A stretch of DNA of 64,000 nucleotides from Candidatus Latescibacterota bacterium (GTDB taxonomy: Bacteria > Latescibacterota > UBA2968 > GCA-2709665). Positions 47,095-57,218 of the stretch are shown here, in pieces. Positions within the stretch are counted from its first letter, which is position 1. Every line of letters begins with the position of its first letter. The stretch is from the NCBI GenBank assembly GCA_965219995.1, contig CBDCOX010000002.1, positions 1,440,001 through 1,504,000 on the forward strand. Direction: 5' to 3'. Position numbers and translations under genes: made by a program. The notes under the pieces are model-generated. The model did not search any database, had not been told where the DNA came from, and was given only the letters and a program-made list of their open reading frames with translations.

Positions 47095-48396
47095 ATGGGA
47101 AAAAAGGCGAATTATACGGGATTGTCCGAACTCTACAGGCGCGATCCGGACCAGGCCGACAGGCTCCTGTTCGGCCGCGAGACCCATCCCGACCGGCGCG
47201 GATTCCTGAAAGGCGCGGGACTGGCGATTGTAGGGGCGATGGTCGGATCGACGATTCCGTTCCACCGCAATGTGCCGGCGCATTTCATCCCTTCTGTACT
47301 GGCGGCGGAGCGGGTCATTCGGGGCAAGGACGGACTGGTGGTCATCAACGAGCGCCCGGTCAATGCGGAAACCCCTGCCCACCTCCTGGACGACGCCACA
47401 ACGCCCACGGAAAGGCATTTCATTCGGAACAACGGATTTCCCCCCGAGAACACCGATGCGACAGGCTGGAAGCTGACGGTTGACGGACTGGTGGACACAC
47501 CGATGACGTTCGATATCGACGACCTCAAAAAACGGTTCGAGGTGGTCACCCGCGCGCTCGTGCTGGAGTGCGGCGGCAACGGCCGCGCGTTCTTCGACCC
47601 GCCGGCGAGGGGCGATCACTGGACCTACGGCGCCGTGGGCTGCTCGGAGTGGACGGGCGTCCGCCTCGGGGATGTTCTCAGAGCCGTCGGGATGAAGCAA
47701 AGTGTCGTCTATACCGCGCACGAGGGCGCCGATACCCACCTCTCCGGCGAGCCGGGCAGGCTTCCCCTCTCGCGGGGCGTGCCGATCGAGAAGGCCATGG
47801 ACGAACACAATCTCATCGCCTTCGCCCAGAACGGAAATCCGATTCACCCGATGAACGGCGCGCCGCTGCGCCTGATTATCCCGGGATGGCCGGGGTCCTG
47901 TTCGCAGAAGTGGCTGACCCGCATCTGGCTGCGCGACCGGGTGCACGACGGCCCGAAGATGACCGGCACCTCCTACCGGGTCCCGAATCGCCCCGTCGCC
48001 CCGGGCGAGGAAGTGGACGAACGGGACTTCGAAATCATACACAGCATGCCCGTCAAGTCGTTGATCACGAATCCGTCCAACGGCCACAGGACGGGCGACC
48101 GGTCGATTGCGGTCCGCGGCCACGCGTGGGCCGGCGACCGGCGGGTGGATGCCGTGCATCTCTCGATCGACTTCGGCGCAACCTGGATGAAGGCGGACCT
48201 GGACGATCCGGTGAACCCGTACGCGTGGCAGAATTGGCGAGCAAGCGTCGCGTTTCCGCAGGCGGGGTATTACGAGGTCTGGGCCCGGGCGACCGACTCG
48301 CACGGTGAGAGCCAGCCGCACGCGATCGCGTGGAACCCGCGGGGCTATCTCAATAACTCCATGCATCGGGTGGCGGTCACTGTAGAAAAAGGATGA
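47095..48396 (+). CDS. sulfite oxidase family molybdoenzyme (SorA/SorT-like), Tat-exported
   Basis: DRRGFLKG twin-arginine motif; HFIRNNG, LECGGNGR, GAPLRL..PGW, SQKWL, WNPRGY. Confidence 0.9.
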   Translation: MGKKANYTGLSELYRRDPDQADRLLFGRETHPDRRGFLKGAGLAIVGAMVGSTIPFHRNVPAHFIPSVLAAERVIRGKDGLVVINERPVNAETPAHLLDDATTPTERHFIRNNGFPPENTDATGWKLTVDGLVDTPMTFDIDDLKKRFEVVTRALVLECGGNGRAFFDPPARGDHWTYGAVGCSEWTGVRLGDVLRAVGMKQSVVYTAHEGADTHLSGEPGRLPLSRGVPIEKAMDEHNLIAFAQNGNPIHPMNGAPLRLIIPGWPGSCSQKWLTRIWLRDRVHDGPKMTGTSYRVPNRPVAPGEEVDERDFEIIHSMPVKSLITNPSNGHRTGDRSIAVRGHAWAGDRRVDAVHLSIDFGATWMKADLDDPVNPYAWQNWRASVAFPQAGYYEVWARATDSHGESQPHAIAWNPRGYLNNSMHRVAVTVEKG

Positions 48397-48461
48397 AGGA
48401 AGAACGAAGAAGGAAGAAGACTGATGGCTACTTGCGGCCTGCGCCGAACGGATAATTGACC

Positions 48462-49169
48462 ATGTCACTCACATCAGAACAGGTACATCTGTTTCGCCAC
48501 ATCGGCTTTCTCAGATTGGAAGACCGGCTTCCGAAGGCGCTTGTTGAAGGGCTCAAAGAAGCAATCTGGACCAACATCCGCGAAGAGGTGGAACCGGTCG
48601 TGCGCGACGGCGAAGGACGAGTCATACGCCTCTCGGGCGTCGTGGACCGGGACCCTGTTTTCCTCGAGTCGGCGACCAGCCCCCTGGTACTGGATCCCCT
48701 GGAATCCCTTCTGGGCCCCAACATAGAACTCATCAAAAACCGGCACAATCACGCCACGCTACGCAGGGCCTCGGAGCACCGACCGGAAGGAATGCACCGG
48801 GACGTCAGGCAGTGGTCGCGTACCATCTTCACGGTGATCTTCTACCTGGAGGAAACAACCGTGGAAAACGGATGCACCATGGTTGTCCCGGGTTCCCATC
48901 ATTTCCCGGGCGTCAAGGGCCGCCTCTACGACGACGCCGAAACGCTGCGTCTCCTCGAACAGGCGGTGCCGGTGCCCATGCCCGAAGGCGGGATGCTCGT
49001 GATCGACAGCATGATCATGCACGGCGTTGGGCAGAACCTGACCGACGGCACACGCATGAGCATGACCGTGGGATACCACAGTGTGGACGAAATCGCCGAC
49101 GTGGTGAATCCGCACAGGATGCTGGTGCGCGGAGAACGCCCTTACGACGGCAATGTGCCGCGGAGATAG
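48462..49169 (+). CDS. phytanoyl-CoA dioxygenase (PhyH) family protein
   Basis: MHRD, ENGCT..VPGSH, MHG motifs. Confidence 0.88.
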   Translation: MSLTSEQVHLFRHIGFLRLEDRLPKALVEGLKEAIWTNIREEVEPVVRDGEGRVIRLSGVVDRDPVFLESATSPLVLDPLESLLGPNIELIKNRHNHATLRRASEHRPEGMHRDVRQWSRTIFTVIFYLEETTVENGCTMVVPGSHHFPGVKGRLYDDAETLRLLEQAVPVPMPEGGMLVIDSMIMHGVGQNLTDGTRMSMTVGYHSVDEIADVVNPHRMLVRGERPYDGNVPRR

Positions 49170-49563
49170 CGCCTCATCCCTTCACGTTGTTTCAGTAAGC
49201 CAGCCATGTGATCGCGAATCGATTACGGATGAAATAACCCTTAACTTCCCAATGGTTAAACCCGGGTCCCGCGAATTCTTGGTGTGGATTGCGATTTGCC
49301 CTGCCATTGTGTATCTTGCACCAGGGTGTGTGACAACACATTTCGGAAATCAATTGGTTTTTCTACCGAATGCCGAGTAACCATCGGGATAATTGCCCAT
49401 CCTCGCCTATCGGTGGGTCGCGGAAACAGAAGCTCCGTGCAGCGCGCCGTACACCTTGTGCCCGCAGGCATTCAGACCGTTACCGCGATTCGACAGCAGA
49501 ACCCGGTCCACGTCGACGCAGGATTCAATTCCATTGGCCATTCGTGCAATGAGTGCTCGGTTT

Positions 49564-49902
49564 ATGAATGCGAAAACTCCACAAATAACAGAACCGCTTC
49601 TGGATGAGATCACGAGAAAAATCGTCGATCATTTTCATCCGGTTCAAATTGTACTTTTCGGCTCCTATGCCTATGGAGAGCCAACGAACGATAGCGACTT
49701 GGATTTGCTTGTCATAATGGACTCAGAATTGCGCCCGACAGCCCGAAGCGCCGCGGTTGCCAACATCTGTCGCCCCAAGTATGTCGCGATGGATATTGTC
49801 GTGCGTACACCTGAAGAAATCCAAACCCGCCTGCGTGACTTCGATCCATTTCTCGAAGGAATCTTTAAATTTGGACGCACCCTTTACAAATCAGCCGGGT
49901 GA
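49564..49902 (+). CDS. minimal nucleotidyltransferase (MNT)
   Basis: LFGSYAYG...DSDLDLLVI. Confidence 0.88.
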   Translation: MNAKTPQITEPLLDEITRKIVDHFHPVQIVLFGSYAYGEPTNDSDLDLLVIMDSELRPTARSAAVANICRPKYVAMDIVVRTPEEIQTRLRDFDPFLEGIFKFGRTLYKSAG

Positions 49903-50281
49903 TATACAAGCGTGGGTCTACAAAGCGGAAGAGGACTATCGCACGGCCACTACAATGGTTCGGAAACGCAGCGAACCTGTTCCCGACAATGTTTGTTTCT
50001 GTGCGCATCAATGCATTGAAAAGTACCTCAAAGCTCTTCTTGTCTTCCATCGCGTTCATTTTCCGAAAACTCACGATCTTCTGGCACTGTTGGATTTCGC
50101 GGTGGATATAGATTCCGATCTCGAGGAATTGCGACTTGATCTCAATTATCTATACCCGTTTGCCGTTGAATATCGCTATCCCGGGGAAAACGCGACTGTC
50201 GAAGAATCAAAAAAGACAGTAAGGGTAATGCTGCGCGGGCGGCGCATTCTGAGGGCGAAACTGAACATAACTGATGTGTGA
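49871..50281 (+). CDS. HEPN domain protein
   Basis: KAEEDY, HQCIEKYLKA, FPKTHDL, EYRYPG motifs; start uncertain. Confidence 0.85.
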   Translation: MDAPFTNQPGDIQAWVYKAEEDYRTATTMVRKRSEPVPDNVCFCAHQCIEKYLKALLVFHRVHFPKTHDLLALLDFAVDIDSDLEELRLDLNYLYPFAVEYRYPGENATVEESKKTVRVMLRGRRILRAKLNITDV

Positions 50282-50400
50282 AATCGTGAACTTCAGTTAT
50301 CGACCTGTCCGGCACATTCCTCATACATTTCGCACATCCCGTTTTCTGGGTATATCCCCGACTTCTCAACGGCCTGGGAATTGGATATGGTGCCGCCGCA

Positions 50401-51231
50401 ATGAAGAAGATGAAATCGCAACAGCAACATACAATCCCTAGATGGCTCCTTGAGAACTTCACGGATCAAGACGGTATCCTTCACGTAGGTAGGAAGAGTC
50501 CAAGGAGGTTCTTCAAGAGCAGGCCACGAAACGTCTTCAGACGAAAAGACTATTACGCGGCGAAGGAGATTGGAGAATCGTTGGAGCCCCATATGGGCAA
50601 GATGGAAAATCTCTCTTTACAATATATGAAGAATGTTCGGTGCACGGCACGGCAGGGGATCGATCAAGGGGACCCTTCCTGTGTGACTGCGATTTCAGAT
50701 GACATTCGTGCATGTGGTCTATTTCTTCTGCATTTAGCGTACCGGTCCCCGCAATGGTTGGGAGAAGATTTCTTTTCAGGGTTGGACGCGATCCAGAAAG
50801 AATCGGAAAAAGCCGGGAAAGACATGGCTTCCGTTTTTCGGGAGGAAAGCACGAAGCTCACTCAGGAAGGAGAATTCGTCCTGGTTTTGAGCCAAGTCGA
50901 TGCTCCAACCTTTATCTTGGGCGATTGTGGACCGTTTGTTACTCGGGATAGCGAGCTGGGAGTGGACAATCAAAAGCAGAAAGAAAACGACCCCAATTGG
51001 ATCCCGTCGGAACAAAGGATGTGGATGGCATTGTCCCCCGATGTCGCGTTGGGAGTTGCGATAAGAGATGCAGATGCAAGACTGAGCGTGAATCTAATTG
51101 CCAATTCAACGTTGTCCGCGGATTGGGTGGATCATTTCAACGAAATCTGCGCAAGGCAAAGCAGGATGATCGCAGGTCCCTCCGAGAAATGGGTTTGTGC
51201 GGCTTCGCGGAAGGCATGGCCCATGGATTAG
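50401..51231 (+). CDS. DUF4238-like protein
   Basis: N-terminal QQHTIPRWLLENF, F...DYY, R-S-P, FILGD, LSP.VAL pattern; lower GC. Confidence 0.6.
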   Translation: MKKMKSQQQHTIPRWLLENFTDQDGILHVGRKSPRRFFKSRPRNVFRRKDYYAAKEIGESLEPHMGKMENLSLQYMKNVRCTARQGIDQGDPSCVTAISDDIRACGLFLLHLAYRSPQWLGEDFFSGLDAIQKESEKAGKDMASVFREESTKLTQEGEFVLVLSQVDAPTFILGDCGPFVTRDSELGVDNQKQKENDPNWIPSEQRMWMALSPDVALGVAIRDADARLSVNLIANSTLSADWVDHFNEICARQSRMIAGPSEKWVCAASRKAWPMD

Positions 51232-51314
51232 GGAACCGCTCTGTGTATCTCCAAGACCAGCCTTCTAAGGGTGTGTTCGTGGCCCCCTCAGGTATCCCAA
51301 CGGATCGCGAAAGC

Positions 51315-51392
51315 AAAAAAAAACGCCGCCTTCCTGTAACGCGAGTACCGATGGTTACATCGGACAATTCGAAAGGGAAGGGGCGTTTTTTT
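51315..51392. terminator. possible bidirectional terminator-like inverted repeat
   Basis: A9-CGCCGCCTTCC ... GGAAGGGGCG-T7 between convergent genes; long loop. Confidence 0.4.
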
Positions 51393-51412
51393 GTGGCCCG
51401 AGCGACGTGACG

Positions 51413-51937
51413 CTACATATCAAGCGTTACGGATTCAGCGTGTCCCGTCCACTGTCCGGTCAGCGAATAGATGACCGTTTCGTGGCAGACGACGATCACC
51501 CGCTGAAAGGACCGGTGTCTTTCCAGTACACGACCGACACGATCGCGAACGCTGGAGAGGGGCTCCCAGTCTCTCGTTTCACCGGGAGGCCATTCGCCGT
51601 CGGACTCGAGCATTTCGGCCACTGTTTCGTAGACCTGCTCCAGCGAATCGCGCCATCCGCAGATCCATTCGTGCAGATCGAACTCGACGTGTAGCGGAAT
51701 TCCGAGCCTGCGGCTGATGATGGCGGCCGATTGGAGCGCCCGCGTCATCGGGGACGAGATAACCAGTTGATAATCTTCCGCTTCTAGAGATTCCGATGCT
51801 TTCTCGATCTGGCGAATACCGGTTTCTGTCAACGGGACGATATGCGCCGCCCAGCCGACGGCGGCGCCCTTTAGATTACCACCGGCGGCCAGGGGCCAGT
51901 CAGGCTCTCCATGCCGGATTAGATGGAAAGTCGTCAT
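51413..51937 (-). CDS. histidine phosphatase family protein
   Basis: RHGE, SSPMTRA.Q, HE, VCH motifs. Confidence 0.88.
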   Translation of the reverse strand: MTTFHLIRHGEPDWPLAAGGNLKGAAVGWAAHIVPLTETGIRQIEKASESLEAEDYQLVISSPMTRALQSAAIISRRLGIPLHVEFDLHEWICGWRDSLEQVYETVAEMLESDGEWPPGETRDWEPLSSVRDRVGRVLERHRSFQRVIVVCHETVIYSLTGQWTGHAESVTLDM

Positions 51938-51957
51938 TTAACGTATGCTCGTTTTGT

Positions 51958-52722
51958 TCAGTTCTTTCTCCCTGCGATCAACAGCTTTTGGGGCAGTCCC
52001 TGTAGCGGCGCAACCTCCCACCCCTCGGCCTCATCCCCGATCTCCTCGAACCTGATCAGTTTGACGCCCTGCTCGATGACGGCCCTGAGATACTCGGATA
52101 CCGTCCAGTGAAACTCAAACTGCTTTGTGTCACCAGGCGCCTTGTCAAGGACATCTCGGGATACAGTGTATTCGTGCGGGCCGTTGTCGAAGTAGCTGAA
52201 ACCAACTTCCAGCGACGAAGCCTGATCCTTCCAAATGCGGCGGAACGGATGGTATTCGTTGATCAGGAACAGTCCCTTCGTGCGTAATATGCGGATGGCT
52301 TCACGGTAGTAGGTCCGCAAATCGCTCACCCACACCGCCACGTGGCCGCCGGTGTACACGACGTCGAAGCACGCGTCCGGCAGGCTGCCCAGGTCCGTCA
52401 CGTCCGCTTCGACGAATTCGATGTCGAGACCCAGTTTGCCGGCGCGCCCGCGCGCCACTGACAGTTGTTCAGCCGAAATGTCCACGGACGTAACTCGCGC
52501 GCCCATGCCGGCGAACGCGAATACCGCCAGGTTGTCGCCGCTGCCGAGGACGCAGACGTCGCTTCCTTCCACACCACGGATCAGATCCAGCTCCTGAGAC
52601 AGGAAGACCTTGCGGGGTTCGCGGTGAGCAACTCTCCAGGTCCCCCGTCTGTCATGCATGGCGGCCCACGCCTCGGCCCCCAGGTTCCAGCGAACCCGGT
52701 TTGCGTTGTGATGCTTATTCAT
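51958..52722 (-). CDS. class I SAM-dependent methyltransferase
   Basis: VCVLGSG, VDIS, AD, FDVVY, EYHPF motifs. Confidence 0.88.
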   Translation of the reverse strand: MNKHHNANRVRWNLGAEAWAAMHDRRGTWRVAHREPRKVFLSQELDLIRGVEGSDVCVLGSGDNLAVFAFAGMGARVTSVDISAEQLSVARGRAGKLGLDIEFVEADVTDLGSLPDACFDVVYTGGHVAVWVSDLRTYYREAIRILRTKGLFLINEYHPFRRIWKDQASSLEVGFSYFDNGPHEYTVSRDVLDKAPGDTKQFEFHWTVSEYLRAVIEQGVKLIRFEEIGDEAEGWEVAPLQGLPQKLLIAGRKN

Positions 52723-52863
52723 GTCGGCCCGTTCGCCAGTCGGGTACAATCCGGTTGTTTCCGCAACGCCGCATCCAACGCGCTTCCGATGCCCGAGGAA
52801 CGCAAGACCATACCGGGCGCAAGCGTACACGGACGATGTTGCTCCACGATTCCCTATTCCATC

Positions 52864-54939
52864 TCAATTGGAATTTTCCAGCACGGCCACATAGGCGTCG
52901 TATAAATGCTGTACCCGCTCGACATAGTGTACGGGCTGTCCGCCGCGGCAGAAACCGTAACGAGCCCGCTCGTAGTATTCGGGCTGTGAAAGCAGGCGCA
53001 TCGCCTGCTCGACGTGGCCGAACCAGAGGTCCGGGTCCCATCCCTTCTCTCGCGCCAGGCGGCGGGCGTCCAGCAGATGTCCGTACCCGACGTTGTAGGA
53101 TGCCAGGGCAAAGCGAATTCGCGACTGCATTGGGATCTCGTGATCGAAACGCCTGATCAGCAGATGCATGTACTTGGTGCCTGCGTGTATTCCCTGGTCC
53201 GGATCCTCGAGGTTTTCGAAACCCAGCTGGAGTCCCGTTTTCGGCATTACCTGCATCAATCCCCTCGCACCGACCCAACTGACGGCGTCTGGATTGAATT
53301 TGGACTCCTGGTACATCTGTGCGGTTATCAGGCGCCAGTCCTGCCCGTATTGAACTGCATACTTTTTCGTCAGATCGTCGTACGGAGACAGTTGTCCGCT
53401 CAGGTCGACCCGCGTTGAATCCTTGGCCCTGGCGATCCCGCGGCGGTTTTCGAAGTACCTCTTCTTCATCATGTTGAAATAGAGACCGCCCTTTTCGCGC
53501 CTGACGTACTGATTGAGAGATTCCAGCAGGGCCGGGTTTTCCTTGCGCACCGCCCAGCCAAGCATTGCGGTTTTGATGCTGAAGGCGGCTTTGAGACGAC
53601 GGCCGTACGAACGTTCCACGTCGAGCAGGTTGGAATCCGCAAGCGTGAGGTCGTAGTCTCCGGACTCGACCCGTGCGAGTATTTCCTCGGTTTCGATGTC
53701 CTCGGGCAGTTTGACAATCCGCAGGTCTTCGACGGAGTCCTGCAGTGCTTTCAGCGTCATGTAGAAGGAGGAGCTCTCGCGCACGTGGACCGTCCGGCCT
53801 GCCAGGTCGCCGAGGCTGGATACCGAATTATCCTCAGCACGTATGACGACAACCTCTTCCACTTCGTTATATGGCCTCGTAAAGTCCGCCTCGGCCTGTC
53901 GCGCCGGGGTGATGGTCATCGCGGCGGCCACCACGTCTCCCTTTCCCTCGTTCAAATGGGACAGCAGTTCGGCATGCGACTTCGGAATGACGATCTCGAG
54001 GCGCAGCCCGTGTTCCGAGGCGAACTTTTTCATCAGCTCGTACTCGAACCCGACCTGAAGGCCCCGGTGTATGAAATACGTCATTGGGTTGTTGCGCGTG
54101 ATCATGCGCAGCCGTCCCCGCTCGATCAGGCCCGGGAGATCGTCCGTGAATTCATGCTGCCGCTCTCGAGAAAAGTGCCGGGCGAGCAGGAATTCGTCCA
54201 CCCTGGTCTTGAGTTCTGTATCCTCGGGCCGCATCATCACCGCGATCGGGCGGTCCCTCGCCAGCACAAGGGAGGTTGTCAGGCTGTCATAATAGCTGGA
54301 CAGGGCGTGCCACAGATGCGAATCGGACAAGGTGGCCTGGTATTCCCCGCTGGCGACGCCGTCCAGTAGTGCTTCGATGTTCTGAGTTTCCGGTACGGTC
54401 CGGATTCGCAGGGTCGGCACCTGCCGCTGCAGGTTGACAAGCGTCTGATAGTACGAGCTCGAGCGCCGCACGCTGATTTCCGTGCCCGCCAGGTCATCGA
54501 TCTTCCGCGGAAGTTCGCCGCCGGTTCTGGTCACCAGATATTCGTCCACATACATATAGGGGACCGAAAACGCGGCTTGCTTCTGGCGTTCGGGTGTTAT
54601 GGTCAGGCTGGCGACCACCAGGTCGCCCTCGCCCTCGAGCAGCATCCCCATCATTCTGGAGAAATCCCCGACTTCGACAAGCACGGGCTTCAATTCGAGC
54701 GACTGAGCAAGCTCGCGCGCGATATCGTAAGCGACTGTCACGTGCTGCCCGTGCCGCGGCAGATAGGCGATCGGTTCAAGCGGTACGATCGCCCTGAGTT
54801 TGCCTTGCGACCTCATTTCGGTCAGGTCACCGGTGTATTTGGCAGCGGCCTGCGGGGGCTCTTCAGGTCCGCTGCACTGCAAGAGTACGCTCAGTGCAGC
54901 GAGTCCTACGGAGACCTGAGCCCCGATTCGGTGGAACAT
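52864..54939 (-). CDS. mltF: MltF-like lytic transglycosylase with two tandem substrate-binding domains
   Basis: Two SBP-3 repeats (G.LR...GEGD..TITP.R...RxSSS); SLT domain QES, GLMQV, ASYNVG. Confidence 0.85.
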   Translation of the reverse strand: MFHRIGAQVSVGLAALSVLLQCSGPEEPPQAAAKYTGDLTEMRSQGKLRAIVPLEPIAYLPRHGQHVTVAYDIARELAQSLELKPVLVEVGDFSRMMGMLLEGEGDLVVASLTITPERQKQAAFSVPYMYVDEYLVTRTGGELPRKIDDLAGTEISVRRSSSYYQTLVNLQRQVPTLRIRTVPETQNIEALLDGVASGEYQATLSDSHLWHALSSYYDSLTTSLVLARDRPIAVMMRPEDTELKTRVDEFLLARHFSRERQHEFTDDLPGLIERGRLRMITRNNPMTYFIHRGLQVGFEYELMKKFASEHGLRLEIVIPKSHAELLSHLNEGKGDVVAAAMTITPARQAEADFTRPYNEVEEVVVIRAEDNSVSSLGDLAGRTVHVRESSSFYMTLKALQDSVEDLRIVKLPEDIETEEILARVESGDYDLTLADSNLLDVERSYGRRLKAAFSIKTAMLGWAVRKENPALLESLNQYVRREKGGLYFNMMKKRYFENRRGIARAKDSTRVDLSGQLSPYDDLTKKYAVQYGQDWRLITAQMYQESKFNPDAVSWVGARGLMQVMPKTGLQLGFENLEDPDQGIHAGTKYMHLLIRRFDHEIPMQSRIRFALASYNVGYGHLLDARRLAREKGWDPDLWFGHVEQAMRLLSQPEYYERARYGFCRGGQPVHYVERVQHLYDAYVAVLENSN

Positions 54940-55038
54940 TCCAATCTCCTGATTGCGATATCTGGCTGTTTTCTGTGCTCGTCCTTTAACGTCCCGGAAG
55001 ACGCGAAGTTTCCAGTTAAGTGGCCGAATGACGCCGGA

Positions 55039-55851
55039 TCATCTGACCGGCTTCCGTCCGATGTACAGGATGTGCCTGGACGAAGCCACGATGCTCGGTT
55101 CCGCGCTGATTTCGAAGAGCAGATTCCGCCAGAGATCTCTCTGCCGCCCTTCAAGTGCGTTATAACTCTCATCGTCCGCGGAAATTGCCGGCTCCACCCC
55201 TGCAATCTTCAGCGTCCGAAATCCTGCGCCTTCGTGCATTGGGGCGACGTCCTCGTATCGTACGAAATATCCGCGGAAACCGCCTTTCGGGGCATCTACA
55301 GGGCGATGCCCGTGCGCGATTACGGATTGGACCTCGGCTTGATTTTCAATCCAGGAAGGTTTTTTCCTGATCAGGTCGCCCAGAATGCCGAACCTGGAAA
55401 TCATCGCGGAAAAGATGACGCCGCCCGGTTTCAGGCAGGCGATGGCGCATTGCAGCGCTGCCCACCGGTCGATTTCCAACACGAGATGATACAGGGGACC
55501 CATCAGAAGAACGGCGTCGAACGTGCTGCGTGGAATCCCGTTCAGCGAGCGCGCATCGGCGGTGCGGAAATCGATCCGGTCGGCCAACCCCAGCGCTTCG
55601 GCCTTTTCCCTGCATCGAGATACGAACTGATCGACGAAATCCGCCGCCGTAAGCCGGTATCCGCGCTTCGCAAGGGCAAAGGTGTACGACCCCGTACCGA
55701 ATCCGATCTCCAGTATCTTTCCTCGAGACGGGAGGTACCTTTCCAGGTAACGCCAGGTCAGGTCCGCTTCCAGCTGGTGGCGTACAAGCCGGTCGTCCTC
55801 GCCGTCCCATCCGGCACGGTAAAACTCACGTATGTCGCTCACGTCATCCAC
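55039..55851 (-). CDS. class I SAM-dependent methyltransferase
   Basis: ILEIGFGTG, DAR, FDAVLLMGPLYHL, LKPGG motifs; start uncertain. Confidence 0.88.
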   Translation of the reverse strand: MDDVSDIREFYRAGWDGEDDRLVRHQLEADLTWRYLERYLPSRGKILEIGFGTGSYTFALAKRGYRLTAADFVDQFVSRCREKAEALGLADRIDFRTADARSLNGIPRSTFDAVLLMGPLYHLVLEIDRWAALQCAIACLKPGGVIFSAMISRFGILGDLIRKKPSWIENQAEVQSVIAHGHRPVDAPKGGFRGYFVRYEDVAPMHEGAGFRTLKIAGVEPAISADDESYNALEGRQRDLWRNLLFEISAEPSIVASSRHILYIGRKPVR

Positions 55852-55947
55852 GGGAACACCATGAAACGATAATCCTTCAAACAGTCTGGCGCCAACCGCC
55901 CCTTCTCCGACTGGACAATGCCCTGGCACGACTGCCATTAACCTGGA

Positions 55948-56589
55948 CTATCCGTACATCGACAGGTCATCCCAACCCGAGGGCAGATGCGGTCGGGCCA
56001 TCGAGGCGTCGGGTCGCCAATCCTCCCATCCCTCGGAATACGGCCCTCCGGAGCCCTCGATTTCGGCTACGGCACGGTCTCCCTCTTCCCTCACCGCCCT
56101 GCCCTCTTGGGGTGTCATTCGACCCAGGCCGACCGCAAGATCCAGTTCATCGCGGTCCTTCCACTTCCAGCGCCGGTCCGGTTCAACGATAATGTCCAAC
56201 TGGTGATCCCTGAAATCGAAGCCCATCCCGGTCCGTGTCAATTGACTCTGAAGGTTGACGTACCAGCCCTGAAACACGCCTTCGGCCGACCATCGGACCC
56301 AGGTTGCGCGACGTTCGCCAGGCCGCACCAGGATCAGAAGCTCGGCCCACCGCCAGACCGAATCCACCAATGACCAGGAACGGTTGACCCAGTCCCGTGG
56401 TTTGCCTGGCACTTCGCGCGTAAACTCAGGCTTCTTCGTCGGCGTACCCAGCGGAAGCCAGAGCCTGGCTCGTGAATCTGAATCCTCGACGACGGTGACG
56501 GGCTTCACGTCGATGACCCGGCCGTTCTCGTCAAGTTCCCGATAGAGGATCGATTCCCCGCTGCGGAACCTGGATCGCACGGTTTCCAT
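55948..56589 (-). CDS. DUF402 domain protein
   Basis: WYVNL, DHQLD, WKDRDE motifs. Confidence 0.82.
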   Translation of the reverse strand: METVRSRFRSGESILYRELDENGRVIDVKPVTVVEDSDSRARLWLPLGTPTKKPEFTREVPGKPRDWVNRSWSLVDSVWRWAELLILVRPGERRATWVRWSAEGVFQGWYVNLQSQLTRTGMGFDFRDHQLDIIVEPDRRWKWKDRDELDLAVGLGRMTPQEGRAVREEGDRAVAEIEGSGGPYSEGWEDWRPDASMARPHLPSGWDDLSMYG

Positions 56590-56633
56590 GGAACGGGCTC
56601 CGCGGTGATCGGAACAAGCGATATGACGAAACG

Positions 56634-57104
56634 TCAATCCGCCATCGCCGCTGATCCGCTGGCGAAATCTCCCCCTTCGAGATTGCCGTTATCGACGAAC
56701 CACTGAGAATTCGCATACAGCGCCATGACCGACTTGTGTTTGAGGAACCCTTCTCTTCTGTAGAAATCCTGCTGGCCGTGTACGCCAGCCAGAATCACCC
56801 TGGGAACGGCGAGTTTTCTGAGGATTGATCCCAGGATTGCCCGACCGATACCCTGGCGTTGAAACTCCGGCGCGACGACAAGTTCGCACACGGTCGTAGA
56901 CGACTCTTCGTCGGATATTGCCCGGCCGCCCCCGACGAGCGCCTCGCCGCTGAAAGCGAAACAACAGACCTCGCTATTGGAATACGCCCGGCGGAGCTTT
57001 CCCGGATCCAGCTTTCCCAGAGGAAAGCGCCGGTAGACGTCGGCAAGGTCCATCCAGTTGACGCCTCGTGCATTCTCCCTGTAGACAATTTCGTTCGCGG
57101 ACAT
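56634..57104 (-). CDS. GNAT family N-acetyltransferase
   Basis: V.PEFQRQGIG, FYRREGF motifs. Confidence 0.88.
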   Translation of the reverse strand: MSANEIVYRENARGVNWMDLADVYRRFPLGKLDPGKLRRAYSNSEVCCFAFSGEALVGGGRAISDEESSTTVCELVVAPEFQRQGIGRAILGSILRKLAVPRVILAGVHGQQDFYRREGFLKHKSVMALYANSQWFVDNGNLEGGDFASGSAAMAD

Positions 57105-57218
57105 GTCCCCTCCCGGTTGGTGTGTGGCGATTTTCAATTGCGTTGCATGGCGTGTTTCTGAGCTCTCGACTTCGAAAAGCGAATGTCACGTAGATCAGAC
57201 TGCCGGGTCGATGCCGAT

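Noticed and set aside
46747-48468. 573-aa minus-strand ORF
   Set aside because: Antisense to the sulfite oxidase gene.
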